Part shown: positions 1-11,889 of the stretch, piece by piece | Position numbering within the stretch: the first letter of the stretch is position 1 | Layout of the letters: each line of letters starts with the position of its first letter | NCBI GenBank assembly: GCA_047967505.1 | Contig: CM106538.1 | From: Dipteris shenzhenensis | Lineage: Eukaryota | DNA length: 64,000 nucleotides | Reading direction: 5' to 3' (one strand) | Made by a program: the position numbers and the translations under genes | Notes under the pieces: generated by a model | Databases searched by the model: none | The model's input: the letters and a program-made list of their open reading frames with translations, nothing else | What the model was told of the DNA's origin: nothing

Positions 1-12
1 CGACACATCGAT

Positions 13-815
13 CTAGCATTGTTTTTGAAGATGAGGCTGTGGTAATGCATGGTCTTCGAGAACTTTCTTTAATGTTGCGGCTATATTTATAGTGCTTCCA
101 TGGCATTTAAGCTTGTAGGTATTTCCATGAATTGTATGAACCACTTTTTCTTTCACCTCTACCCAGATGGTCCAGTATGTGCCATGTGATAGTCTAGTTA
201 ACCATTGATATCCTCGATTGCAAATGGGTCTCCCATTAACCATGGGTTTCAATCTAGGTTTACAGTGTCCTGTGCTCAAATCTTGATTAGCACCTTGATG
301 AAGAAAGCATGAAAACTCTTGAAGAAGATAGTTATGTCTATTAGGCACTGTCTTACTCCAAATACCAAGGTGTATGGCTGCACAATCATCTTTCCCAACT
401 TTTCTAATGCAAAGTCTCTTGCAACAAACTTGCATAAGCATCCTTTCCATATTCTCCTCGGATAACATCACATGTCTCTTTAAATCTGGAATTGATACCA
501 TGATTCTTCGCCTCTTCACACTCACATACTTTCTTTTTGTAAATAGTGTCTTGCGTTTTCTAGTTGTAAGCCCATCAGACCTCGAATCCATTTCCCTTGA
601 ATCTTCATCTCTATAATCAAATGCTGTGTGGGCTTGAGAATTATTTGATACCTTATAATATCTTGGAAATGGCAATCTGGTAGTCATCAATTCCTGTTAT
701 TGCATCACTTATCCCATCGATATTTGCGTGTATTTTTCTTTGTGGTCCCATCTTATTATTCTCAACACAAGACAAGTCTTCTATATCAGTAAGCATGTTT
801 GAGTCACTTGCAACA
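13..815 (-). pseudogene. Disrupted transposase of the same family as 1950..5318 (host copy interrupted by the giant element)
   Basis: ORF 13..690 aligns by eye with the large transposase: VCCKRLCIR/TCCKHTCMR, NGRPICNRGY/NGKSICNNAY, LSHGTYW, IHGN, ALPQPHL. Reading 815->~660 on the minus strand gives VASDSNMLTDIEDLSCVE...ISDAITGIDDY, which matches the SDVLSGIDEF repeats of the large ORF. A frameshift near 660 separates this from the 13..690 frame. Confidence 0.85.
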
Positions 816-841
816 AACACTTATTTCATTAATTTTGGACT
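816..841 (+). repeat. Left 26-bp terminal inverted repeat (preceded by TSD AACA at 812-815)
   Basis: Perfect inverted match to 19515-19540. A secondary TACTTTTGGACTA motif lies just inside both ends in inverted orientation. Confidence 0.95.
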
Positions 842-1590
842 CATATGTCTACTTTTGGACTATTCCTTAAAATCCTTCCCAACTGAAAAGTTTACTTTAT
901 GAAACTGTCATTCGAGAATCAAAAGTTTACTTTCTGGCACTATCATTTTCACATAAGACATTTCAAAATATCTCTCTACAATGTTGTACAAATAATGCAA
1001 AAACTACTATTAAATCCTAAATTTGTATTTCTTGTTTATAAGAATCATATTCTTAAAATAAAAAATCCGAGTTATTAGTTTAAATCCATGAAAAACCATG
1101 CTATTGAGGATTCGCAACATTTTAAAAATGTATACATAAGAGACCTGTAAGACTCTTTTTACTTTCAATGCAGAAAACTATAACACTCTTGAATATTCAA
1201 GAAATTAAAAGGTTTATATACACATGAGACATGATGGAAGCCTCTTTTGTACTCCAAAAAATAGCAATAGCTATGCTTGCAATTTTACATTATCATGTCA
1301 TAAGTTTTACAACAAATATTTCTCTGGATGAGTCTTTGTACAAAGGATCTCCTGTGGCCTTTTCAATAATTTAATTTTTCCTTTACAATGAGTTTAGTAC
1401 AAATGGGCGATCCAAACATTTGCTTGTTTGAATGTCCTTTTCTATCATGATCACAGAAATGAGCGATCCAAACATTTGCTTGTTCAGAATGTCCTTTCTG
1501 TCGTCACTTGTCACTTGGGTGCCATCTTCATTCACTCTCATCTGACAACCACCACCACCTTCACTCTTTCTCGATATTTGAATGGTGTTA

Positions 1591-4500
1591 TCATGGGCAT
1601 TCTTCATTTGCGCTATCTCCTTCTACTTCCTCCCGGGCGAGCATCTTTGTGAACTCTGTAATGTGCGTAATAATTGGTTGTGGTAATTTTATTTTGTCTT
1701 CTACATCATACCCCATGTGCTTCTTTGTTTTCTTTGACCTTGATTTCCAGGATACTATGACTGTCTCTGTGGAAAGTCTTGAAATTGCTTCATGGTTTGG
1801 GACCCATTCCTTTTTCAAACAACTACTATACAATGTACTGTTATCTTGGTTCTCCTTCCTGCCCCTTGGCTCATACCATACCGCTGTAAATGTTGTAGCT
1901 CTCCCCCGGTCATCCATGCTCACGTCAACTACTTTTGCAACCCAAAACTTCACGTTCTCATGTTCAATGGTCGAACTGCAACAAAACAATGGACATCTAT
2001 GTCTATTTGTGGCATAAACTCTCTCTTCTTGGGTCCACAATATGGACGTGGGAGCAACGATTCAAACTCATTTTCAAAGAGACCACATGCTGGACGCAAG
2101 TCATTACCAACATTTGGCCAAAATAAAGGCCGTTCTGCCTTAATATCATCTTCTCGCATTTTTGCAAGGTCCTTTATCAATTGGTAGGTCTTGCTAATTA
2201 CAACAGTAGTGTGTTCCTTCCAAGAGGGCTTCCAATCAGGAAATCTCCGGAGCATTTCCTCTTTGTATGCAATAAAAGCTTTTAAGCCTTCTATTTCACC
2301 TTTGGATTTCTCGCTAAATTCTTTTATAGGAGCCCATGTTGGATGCATTTCTTTGCTCGGGATTGAAGTTAAGAGAGAGTAAGGTTCTTCAGGTTCCCAT
2401 TTTGTATCAAGAGAATAGTGTTGCCATTGCATCATTGGTTTTTCATCCTTTAAGAAAAATCGAAAATAGTGTGGAGCGCTATGACCAATCAGGGCATCAC
2501 CACCTTTTTGTATGAAAGGTAGAATAAAGCTCTTCCAATCATACATCCTCTCAACCATTGAGCATATTGTTCCTTCCTTACGGCCACCAACTTGCCTCCC
2601 GCATTTTCTTATCAAGTCATCCATTGTCTCCATGTCCTTGTGTTTTAGTTCTCTTGAAACTGTGCTAAATACCTGATCGATATCCTCATGTGTGTGCCCA
2701 ACCAACAAAAACCCAACTTCAATCTCATTGAAGATTCTATGAGCGATTAGCATTGAGCAAAATGCAAAGAAGAGTACATTCTTATTCTCTCGTCCGCAAT
2801 TGTCTGCTTGTATTCTCAAAGTTGCTAGTAGGCGACCTTTTTCTGCATGTACATTGTGAATTGCCTTCATAACGGATGTTACAACTTGATTGCTATCGTG
2901 TAGATGCAAGGAATCAATCCATATGTCTGCAAAAAACTTAAATCCGTGCACTAACACTCCACATAGATGTGTCTTTAAAAAGTATTTGCCTTGTAGCTTA
3001 GGTGGAGTGTTAACGAATCGAGGTAATGTTGTTGTATTTTGATCCATACCATCTACAATAATGCACATGTACTCATTTGGGTGAGAAATAGCTTGCTCCT
3101 TCCAAAATGCATATTTTATTCTAGAATGTCGAACAAGTCCATGATGAAATTCTCTCTTTCTTTTGTAAGCTTCTTTTTGTTCTAGAGATGTTGCACTCTC
3201 AAGTGCTCGCTTTAGATCATCACAGTCGTTGCACTTTGACATTTTTTGCCTCTTTGGGATTTTAACATGTCCAAAGCTTTTTTTCCAAAGAGTATACAAA
3301 GTATGAAAAGATGCCGGTGTATGCCCTCTTTGCCTCTGTGTTTCTCCAATAGAGTTAAATACTTCTTTTTTGGTCAAACCTATCGGAAGATGCATTTCTG
3401 ATAGGTGGGGTTGCGGTAAAGCATTTTCATAAATGTAATCTTTCAAAATTGCTATTGCCGCAACCGTTGAGGCTCTTGTTTTGGGCCTTCCTATGTTTCC
3501 ATGAATGTTAAATTTAACTCCATACTTTGCTTTATTAGCCAAATTCCAATATGTGCCGTGTGATAATCCTGTGATAATGCGATATGCATTATTGCATATA
3601 CTTTTTCCATTTATACGAGGCCTTATTTGATGTCCTGAACTTCGCCTTCTCTTATCATTTACAAGAAAGCAAGACAATCTCGTGAGTAGGTATTCATTTC
3701 TTCTGCTTCCTTTCCTTTGCCAGACATGTTCTCTACAACCCTTGATGTCATGTAAGTTAATGGATCGCATACATGTATGCTTACAGCATGTAGATCGCAT
3801 TGCTTTTAGCATAACATCTTCATTCATTACTCTTATTCTCTTTGGTTGCTTTTCTGGATCTGCCTGCACTCGTTGTCTTTTCATGCATCTGTATGTCCGT
3901 TTTGGGACCTTCTGTTCATTCTTATTTGGATTTGTGTAGTTCTCCTTGTAAGATTTATTTGTCACGTTGTTTTCATGAGATGTTGCATCCTTGATCTTAT
4001 CACTCTGACAGTCAAATACTGAATATTCCTTTGTTGATGTCATCCTTGCTTTTGATACATTCGTCAAACCATTTGTAACATTTACAAGTTCACAATCAAA
4101 GTCAAACACCGAATAGTCCTTTGTTGATCTCATCCCTACTTTTGATACAATCGTAGAACCACTTGTCACAATGGCATTAGAGTGTCCCGAATGGTCTTCA
4201 AACTCATCTATTCCTGAGAGAACATCACTCATTGATGCACTTTCTATGGATTTCATAACTCCATAGTCAGTGGTGATAGAGTGTCCAGAATGATCTTCAA
4301 ACTCATCTATTCCTGAGAGAACATCGCTCATTGATGCACTTTCTATGGATTTCATAACTCCATAGTCTTGAAACTCCTCTACTCCAGAGAGAACATCACT
4401 CATTATACTATCGTGCATGATTTCCATAATTCCATAGTTACCTGCTTTGACTCCAAGAACTTTATCAGTATCCATGAAGCCATCCATGCTTGAAGATATA

Positions 4501-5318
4501 ACACTTTTCACATCTTTGCCCAAGTTCTCAATGTGCATGAACTCATCCACCCCGGATAAGGCATCACTTGTGAAATATTTTTCTTTCTCGGTACCAATGA
4601 ACTCATCGACTTCTGATAAGACGTCAGTGCTATAGTTGAGTGCATTGGAATCATCCATCTCTGAAGGAATAGAGCTTGGTACATTGGCATATTCTTTCAA
4701 TTCTTTGATGTTGTAGTATACATTATGTTTATCATTAAAAACCACATGCCGAGTCTTTCCAATCTTTAAAAATTGCATGCTCCATCTCAAATCCTTACCT
4801 ACCTCATAGTAGGGACCATCCAATGACATTGAGTTATCATCCATACCATCATCAGTAACTTTTTGAATTCTCATCTGTGCAAATGTCCAGTGTTCAACTT
4901 GTTCAAATCCCAAGACTTGACCTTCTGCTACATACTTATTTGTAAATGATAACATTTGTAAAATATCTCCCACTCTAAAATCCAAAGATATGCACTTTGT
5001 ATTCCTGATGACATGTGTTGGATAAGTCTCATCTCTGTCCCATGCAATAAATGCTTTGTTGGAAGTATTATAGGGCATAACATCTCCAAGGATTTCCATA
5101 TCCCCACACTTATGCTTTAGCTCAACATGTGCACTAAGAATCCTTGATACGATAACCGCTACCTTATCTTCGCCAAGTCTTCTAAAGTGACAAATAGAAT
5201 TTCGATCACTTTCATGGATTGTAGCAAATGCAACTACTTCTCTTTTGCAACATAAAATCACCTCCATCCCCGGAATAAATTTTGTAGCCATCTCCTTTGT
5301 GAGTTTCCTTGCAAACAA
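1591..5318 (-). CDS. DDD-type transposase (DUF7869/Sola-like), with a frameshift near 1968 separating the C-terminal domain
   Basis: The 1122-aa ORF has CC-x3-C and C-x2-C...H zinc-finger-like motifs. Catalytic-type motifs are IIVDGMDQN, LRIQADNCGRENKN and FLLVGHTHEDIDQVFS. The C-terminus (...HCFVAVRP) continues in another frame as IEHENVKFWVAKVV... (ORF 1591..2040). The related remnant at 22701..23036 has both parts in one frame (DFVLVRPLDPIYPIWL...). The ORF opens right after a minus-strand acceptor-like TACAG, so an upstream exon is possible. Confidence 0.88.
4181..4640 (-). repeat. Coding repeats in the transposase N-terminal region (SDVLSG[IV]DEF-like)
   Basis: DYGVMKSIESASMSDVLSGIDEFEDHSGHS occurs twice. 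Related motifs are TDVLSEVDEF, SDALSGVDEF and SDVLSGVEEF. Confidence 0.9.
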
Positions 5319-5419
5319 GCTGTAACAACCATTATAAAGAACATTAGTCTCTTCTCAATAATCTACTTTATTAATGATTTAAAAATCCAGAACGTGTTTG
5401 AAAATTTAATTAGACACTA

Positions 5420-6400
5420 ACCAATAACAACCGTAAACCAATAACAACCCTAAACCCTAAACCGTAAACCAAAACAACCCTAAACCCTAACCAATAACAA
5501 CCCTAAATCCTAAACCCTAACCCCCAAACCCCAAACCCTAAACCCTAACCCCCAAACCCCAAACCCTAACTCCCAAACCCTAAACCCTAAACCCCAAACC
5601 CTAAACCCTAACTCCTAAACCCTAAACCCTAACTCCCAAACCCTAAACCCTAAACCCTAAACCCTAAACCCTTAACCCTAACCCCCAAACCCTAAACCCT
5701 AAACCCTAACTCCCAAACCCCAAACCCTAAACCCTAACTCCCAAACTCGAAACCCTAAACCCTAAACCCTAACTCCTAAACCCTAAACCCTAAACCCTTA
5801 ACCCTAACCCTCAAACCCTAAACTCTAAACCCTAACTCCTAAACCCTAGATCCTAAACCCTAAACCCTTAACCCTAACCCCCAAACCCTAAACTCTAAAC
5901 CCTAACCCCCAAACCCTAAACCCTAACTCCTAAACCCTAAATCCTAAACCCTAAACCCTAACTCCCAAACCCTAAACCCTAAACCCTAAATCCCAAACCC
6001 TAATCCCTAAACCTTAAACTCTAACTCCCAAACCCTAAACCCTAACCCCCGAACCCTAAACCCTAAACCCTAACTCCTAAACCCTAAACCCTAAACCCTA
6101 ACTCCCGAACCCTAAACCCTAACTCCCAACCCTAAACCATAAACCCTAAACCCTAAACCTTAAACTCTAACTCCCAAACCCTAAACCCTACCCCCAAACC
6201 CTAAACCCTAAACCCTAACCCCCAAACCCTAAACCCTAAACCCTAACCCCTAAACCCTAAACCCTAAACCACCAAACTCTAAACCCTAACCCCCAAACCC
6301 TAACCCTCAAACCTTGAACCCTAAACCCTAAACCCTAAACCCTAACTCACCAAACCCCAAATCCTAAACCCAAACCACGAAATCCTAAACCTTAAATCCT
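5420..6400 (+). repeat. Interstitial degenerate plant telomeric repeat array (CCCTAAA)n inside the transposon
   Basis: About 1 kb of AAACCCT units with variants (CCCTAA, CCCCAAA, CTCCCAAA, CTCCTAAA, TCCTAAA), fading at both edges. Confidence 0.95.
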
Positions 6401-6477
6401 ATGAGTGTTTTCAAGTAATATCATTTATTTAAGTAATAGTTTTAATTAGAATTCATAAGTAATAGTGGAATTGATAG

Positions 6478-7375
6478 TTGGGAGGGTGGTAGTGGGAGAA
6501 AGGGAGAGTGGGAAAGTGGAGAAAGGGAGTGTGGGAGGGTGGTAGTGGGAGAAAGGGAGAGTGGGAGAGGGAGTGGGAATGGGGGCGGTGGGGGTGGGGG
6601 TGGGAGGATGGGAGTGGGAGTGGGAGAGGGAGTGGGAATGGGGGAGGTGGGGGTGGGGGTGGGAGAATGGGAGTGGGAGTGGGAGAGGGAGTGGGAATGG
6701 GGGAGGTGGGGGTGGGGTGAGGGTGGGAGGATGGGAGGATGGGAGTGGGAGTGGGAGGGGTGGGGAGTGGGAGTGGGAGGATGGGAGTGGGAGAGGGAGT
6801 GGGAATGGGGGAGGTGGGGGTGGAAGTGGGAGGGGTGAGGTGGGAGGATGGGAGTGGGAATGGGGAGGTGGGGGTGGAAGTGGGAGGGGTGGGGTGGGAG
6901 GATGGGGGAGGGAGTGGGAGTGGGGGAGGTGGGGGGGGTGGGAAAATGGGAGTGGGAGTGGGAATGGGGGAGGTGGGGGGGTGGGAAAATGGGAGTGGGA
7001 GTGGGAGTGGGAGAGGGAGTGGGAGGATGGGAGTGGGAGGGGTGAGGTGGGAGGATAAGGGTGGGAGAATGGGAGTGGGAGTGGGAATGGGGGGGGAGGG
7101 GTGGGGGTGGGAGGATGGGAGTGGGAGTGAGAGGTGTAGGTGGGAGGATGGGAGTGGGTGGGAGAATGGGAGTGGGAGTGGGAGTGGGAATGGGGGAGGT
7201 GGGGGTGGGGTGAGGGTGGGAGTGGGAGGGGTGGGGTGGGAGGATGGGAGTGGGAGAGGGAGTGGAAATGGGGAAGGTGAAAGAATGGGCGTGGGCGTGG
7301 GAGTGAGAATGGGGGAGGTGGGGTGGGAGGATGGGGGTGGGAATGGGGTGGGAGGATGGGAGTGGGTGGGAGAGA
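6478..7375 (+). repeat. G-rich (GGGAGT/GGGAAT/GGGGT)n array, potentially G-quadruplex forming
   Basis: Dense GGG tracts separated by 1-4 nt, with almost no C on the + strand. Confidence 0.9.
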
Positions 7376-7452
7376 GAGAGAAGATAATCTAATAGAGAGG
7401 CCAATGGGAGAGGAGATAATGTTATAGAAGGACCAATGAGAGAGAAGCACTT

Positions 7453-7492
7453 AAAACCCTAGTTTTTCTTATATATACTCTCCTTCTCTCAT
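7453..7492 (+). promoter_or_regulatory. Candidate core promoter: telo-box AAACCCTA, TATATATA and a pyrimidine patch
   Basis: Sequence AAAACCCTAGTTTTTCTTATATATACTCTCCTTCTCTC, followed ~110 bp later by a donor-like CAG/GTACT at 7598. Motifs only; no expression evidence. Confidence 0.3.
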
Positions 7493-7929
7493 TGTTTCTC
7501 TCATTTCAACAAGGAAGAGCAAGAGGAGAAGCAAAAAGAGGAGGAAGAGCAAAAGCAAGCACAAGCAAGCACAAGCATCGATTTCAACTTTTTTCCAGGT
7601 ACTTTTTTAAAAATTTGTATTCTTTGAAATTTTATTATAGAGAGAGAAAAGTGAAGGAAAGATTTTTAGAGAGAGAAAAGAAGAGAGAGAGTCTTGCTGC
7701 CTCGGCAGCAAAAGAGAGAGAGAAAGAGAGAGGGAGAGAGAGGAGAGAAGGGGGGGGAAAGAGAGGGGAGAGAAAGGGAGGGGGGAGAAGAAGAAGAAGA
7801 AGAAGAATATATTATCGTCCTCTGAAGACCAAAGCCGGCCTATGGGACCTGAGCAATACAATATCACAAGTACATGAAAGCTCCTCCCGAAGATGGGAGG
7901 GTGGAAAGAGAAACCACCTTCTAGGATTA

Positions 7930-9830
7930 TTCAGGTGGAGAGAAGGGGGAGGGGGGGAAGAGAGGGGAGAGAGGGGGGAAGCCACGAGGGGGGGGAGAGA
8001 GAGAGGGGAGGGGGAGGCCGCTACCGCGGCAGCGCAGAGGGGGGGAGGGAGGGGAGGGAGAGGGGAGGGGAGAGGGAGGGGGGGCGGCGAGAGAGGGAGG
8101 GGGGGCGGGGAGAGAGAGGGGGGAGAGGGAGGGGAGGCGAGGGGGGAGAGGGAGGGGAGGGGGCCGCTGCCGCGACAGCGGCAGCGAGAGAGGGGGAGGG
8201 GGGGGAGAGGGAAGGGAGGGGGGGCGGGGGCAAGGGGGGGGGGGGCGAGAGAAGGGGGGGCGGTGAGAGGGAGAGGGGAGAGGGAGGGGTGGGGGCCGCG
8301 GCGAGAGAGGGAGGGGGGGCGGTGAGAGGGAGGGGGAGAGGGAGGGGAGGGGGCCGCTGTCGCAGCAGCGACAGCGAGAGAGGGGGAGGGGGGAGGGGAG
8401 GGGGAGGGGAGGGGGGAGAGGGAGGGGAGGGGGCCGCTGCTGCGGCAGCGGCAGCGAGAGAGGGGGAGGGGGGGGAGAGGGAAGGGGGGGGCGGGGGCAA
8501 GGGGGGGGGAGAGAGAAGGGGGGGCGGTGAGAGGGAGAGGGGAGAGGGAGGGGAGGGGGCTGCGGCGAGAGAGGGAGGGGGGGCGGTGAGAGGGAGGGGG
8601 GAGAGGGAGGGGAAGGGGCCGCTGCCGCGGCAGCGGCAGCGAGAGAGGGGGAGGGGGGGGAGAGGGAAGGGGGGAGGGGGGGGGCAGCGAGAGGGAAGGG
8701 GGGGAAGAGAGAGAGAGGGGGGGGCCGCTGCTGCGGCAGCGGCAGCGAGAGAGGGAGGGGAGGGGAGAGAGAAGGGAGGGGGGAAAGGGAGGGGAGGGGA
8801 GGGGGAGAGAGAGAAGGGGGGGGGCCGCGGCCGCTGCCACGGCAGCGAGAGAGGGGGAGGGGGGGAGAGGGAAGGGGGAGAGAGAGAGGGAGAGGGAAGG
8901 GGGGAGAGAGAGGGAGGGGGGAGCGAGAGAGGGGGAGGGGGGGGAGAGAGAAGGGGGGGGCCGCTGTCGCTGCCGCGGCAGCGAGAGAGGGGAGGGGGGA
9001 GAGAGAGGGAAGGGGGGAGGGGGCGGGGGCAGCGAGAGAGAGGGGAGGGGGAGAGAGAGAGAAGGGGGGGGGCCGCGGCCACTGCCGTGGCAGCGAGAGA
9101 GGGAGGGGGGGGAGAGAGAGAAGGGGGGGCGGCGAGAGAGAGGGGGGAGAGGGAGGGGAGGGGAGGGGGAGAGAGAGAAGGGGGGGGGCCGCGGCCGCTG
9201 CCGCGGCAGCGAGAGAGGGGGAGGGGGGGAGAGGGAAAGGGGGAGGGGGCGCGGGCAGCGAGAGAGAGGGGAGGGGGAGAGAGAGAGAGAAGAGGGGGGG
9301 GCCGCGGCAGCGAGAGAGGGGGGGGAGAGAGAGAAGGTGGGGTAGCGAGAGAGAGGGGAGGGAGAGAGAGAGGGGGAGGGGGGGGAGAGGGAAGAGAGAG
9401 GGGGGGCCGCTGCCGTGGCAGCGAGAGAGGAGGGGGGAGAGAGAGTGGGGGGAGATGCGAGAGCGAGAGAGAGGGGGAGGGAGAGAGAGAGAGGAGGGGG
9501 GGCCGCTGCCGCGGCAGCGAAAGAGAGGGAGGGGTGGAGAGAGAGAGAGAGAGAGGGGGGGGAGAGAGAGAGAGGGGGGGAGGCCGCTGCCGCGGCAGCG
9601 AGAGGGAGAGAGGGGGGAGAGAGAGAGAGAGAGGGGAGGGGGGGGGAGGTCGCGGCAAGTGAGAGAGAGAGTGGGGAGGAGAGTGGGGAGCGTAAGTGAG
9701 AGAGAGGGAAAAGGTGAGGAGAAAGGGAGAGAGAGAGGGGAAATGAAGAGGAGGGGAGAGAGTAGACTAAGATGAGAGGAAACGTAGACTAGAGCGGAGA
9801 GGAAAGAGAGAGAGAGAAGAGTGAGAGAGA
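7930..9830 (+). repeat. GA-rich polypurine array punctuated by GCCGCTGCCGCGGCAGCG(GC) palindromes
   Basis: Long G/A-only runs with recurrent CG-rich dyads. GCCGCTGCCGCGGCAGCGGC at 8618-8637 is a perfect 20-bp palindrome. A short composite copy recurs at ~10855-11085. Confidence 0.9.
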
Positions 9831-10236
9831 TGAAAATTTAGAGAGGGAGGACACGAGAAAGTACGATTGAGATAGAAAATCTTACCAATGAAGAGGAGAA
9901 ATGAGTGGGCGACGATCGAGACAAGATGAAGAAGCTACGATCAATGAGGCATATGAGAGGAGATTGGTATGTGATTTAGTCTAAACTTAAACAAACAAAA
10001 CTATAAACCTTGGTGTTTGATGAAAATTTAGAGAGGAAGGGCACAAGAGAAAGTACGATCGAGATAAAAAATCTTACCAATGAGGAGAAAAAATGAGTGG
10101 GCAACGATCAAGAAGAGATAAAGGAGAGATGTTTTGATGGAAGAATTTGGGAGCTATGATCAATGAGGCATATTAGAGGAGATTGGTGTGTGATCTAGTC
10201 GAAACTTAAACAAACAAAACTATAAACCTTGGTGTT
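9828..10236 (+). repeat. Imperfect ~200-bp tandem duplication
   Basis: GATGAAAATTTAGAGAG...AAATCTTACCAATGA...AAACTTAAACAAACAAAACTATAAACCTTGGTGTTTGA occurs twice. Confidence 0.8.
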
Positions 10237-11083
10237 TGAAAAGAGAAACGTGTGGAAACTAGAATTTCAAATTTCCCGCCTTTTTTTAAACTATGAATCC
10301 TTGTGTTTGAAAAGATAAACGTGTGAAAACTTGAAAATTGTGATAAAAGACAACCTTGTGTTTCAAAAGACAAATGCGTGGATGTGAAAAGACAAATGTA
10401 TGCTAAAAGCAAAACTTGTAGAAACTTGAATTTTAAATTTTTCTTTGTTTTTGAATTTAAAATGAGTTTCACTTTCATTTTTAATTTACTAGTTTAATTT
10501 AGACTATAATGCATTTTGTTTTGGAATATAAAAAGTATAATTTTAATTTTATTACATTTTAAATTAAAATTTTAAAAGTAGTTTAACTTACATTCGTTAT
10601 TATTACTTTAATTTATTTCTTTTTAGGGAGAATTAATATATTCTTCTAGGTAAATATTAAATTTTTAATTTTAAGTCTTGTTTTCTTTATTTTACGTTAT
10701 TTTTTCATAAACTTTAAGTTAAACTACTTTATAGTTTTTATTATTTAAATTCAAATTTATTAAGATTTTAACTTCTTATTAATGTGAATGTTCAATTCTT
10801 ATGAGTTGTAAGTAAATTAGTTTTTGAAAATATAAATTTTATCTTTTTTAAAATGAGAAGGAGAAGGGAGAGAGAGAGAAGGGGGGGGCCGCTGCCGCAG
10901 TAGCGAGAGAGAATGGGGGGGGAGAGAGAGAGAAAGGGGTGGGAGGATGGGAGTGGGAGAGGGAGTGGGAATGGGGAAGGTGAAAGAATGGACGTGGGCG
11001 TGGGAGTGAGAATGGGGAAGGTGGGGTGGGAGGATGGGGGCGGCAGCGAGAGAGAAGGGGGGGGAGAGAGAGAGAGAAAGGGG

Positions 11084-11133
11084 TGTGAGTTTAAAAAAGA
11101 TAAAATATAAATTTTATCTTTTTTAAACTCACA
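11084..11133. repeat. Perfect 23-bp hairpin with 4-nt loop
   Basis: TGTGAGTTTAAAAAAGATAAAAT-ATAA-ATTTTATCTTTTTTAAACTCACA. Confidence 0.9.
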
Positions 11134-11616
11134 ACCTTAGTGTATTAAAAAGAATAATGGAAAATAGATTATTTTTTGCTTTTAATTTGCAACCTAAGGA
11201 TATTAAAAAGAACAATGGAAAAGAAATTATTTCTTGCTTTTCTTCGCTTCGACGGTTGGTGTAGTCTAGATTAGCATAGATTAGTTTGTCCTTAGAGGAG
11301 AGAACTCCAAAAAAACCAATCAAAGCCATGCTCAAAATTTCCCGACTAGTTCCTAATCGGAGTCAGTCCATTCGTTCACATTCGGTTTCACAGTCACAAC
11401 AACCCTACCATTTAAGCAACGATTAAGGTTTTTAAACTTTCAAGATGATTGAAAGTTGTATCAGTGGACATGACAGATTACAGATTACAGTTGTGGAAGT
11501 TGACAGAGCATTTTACACTTATATCAGTTGCGGGAGTTGACAGAGCATTTTGTACTTATATATGACAGACTTCAAATTTATATTCAGAGATCATTGTAAA
11601 TCCTTATTTTTTTTCA

Positions 11617-11757
11617 CATTTATGCTCTAAGCCTTGTAAAGCCTTTTAGGCTATTCCCAAAGCATTTATGCTCTAAGCCTTGTAAAGCCTTTTAGGCTAT
11701 TCCCAAAGCATTTATGCTCTAAGCCTTGTAAAGCCTTTTAGGCTATTCCCAAAGCAT
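11617..11757 (+). repeat. 46-bp tandem repeat, 3 identical copies
   Basis: CATTTATGCTCTAAGCCTTGTAAAGCCTTTTAGGCTATTCCCAAAG starts at 11617, 11663 and 11709. Confidence 0.95.
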
Positions 11758-11889
11758 GAAATTGATACTTATATGATTGGGAAGAATAAAAACTTGAGGT
11801 GTATTAATGGGACTCATTGTACTTTTGATTTTTCAAAGTAATTGTAGTTTGTCAAAGTACTTAAAATTTGTGTTGTGCTTGAATACAGG

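Noticed and set aside
5420-6400. A true chromosome end
   Set aside because: The array is degenerate, internal, and enclosed by the paired TIRs of a transposon.
6442-9775. Long Pro/His/Ser- or Gly/Glu/Arg-rich ORFs (extensin-like or glycine-rich proteins)
   Set aside because: They are open in several frames on both strands because the low-complexity G/A repeats lack stop codons. There is no signal peptide or domain.
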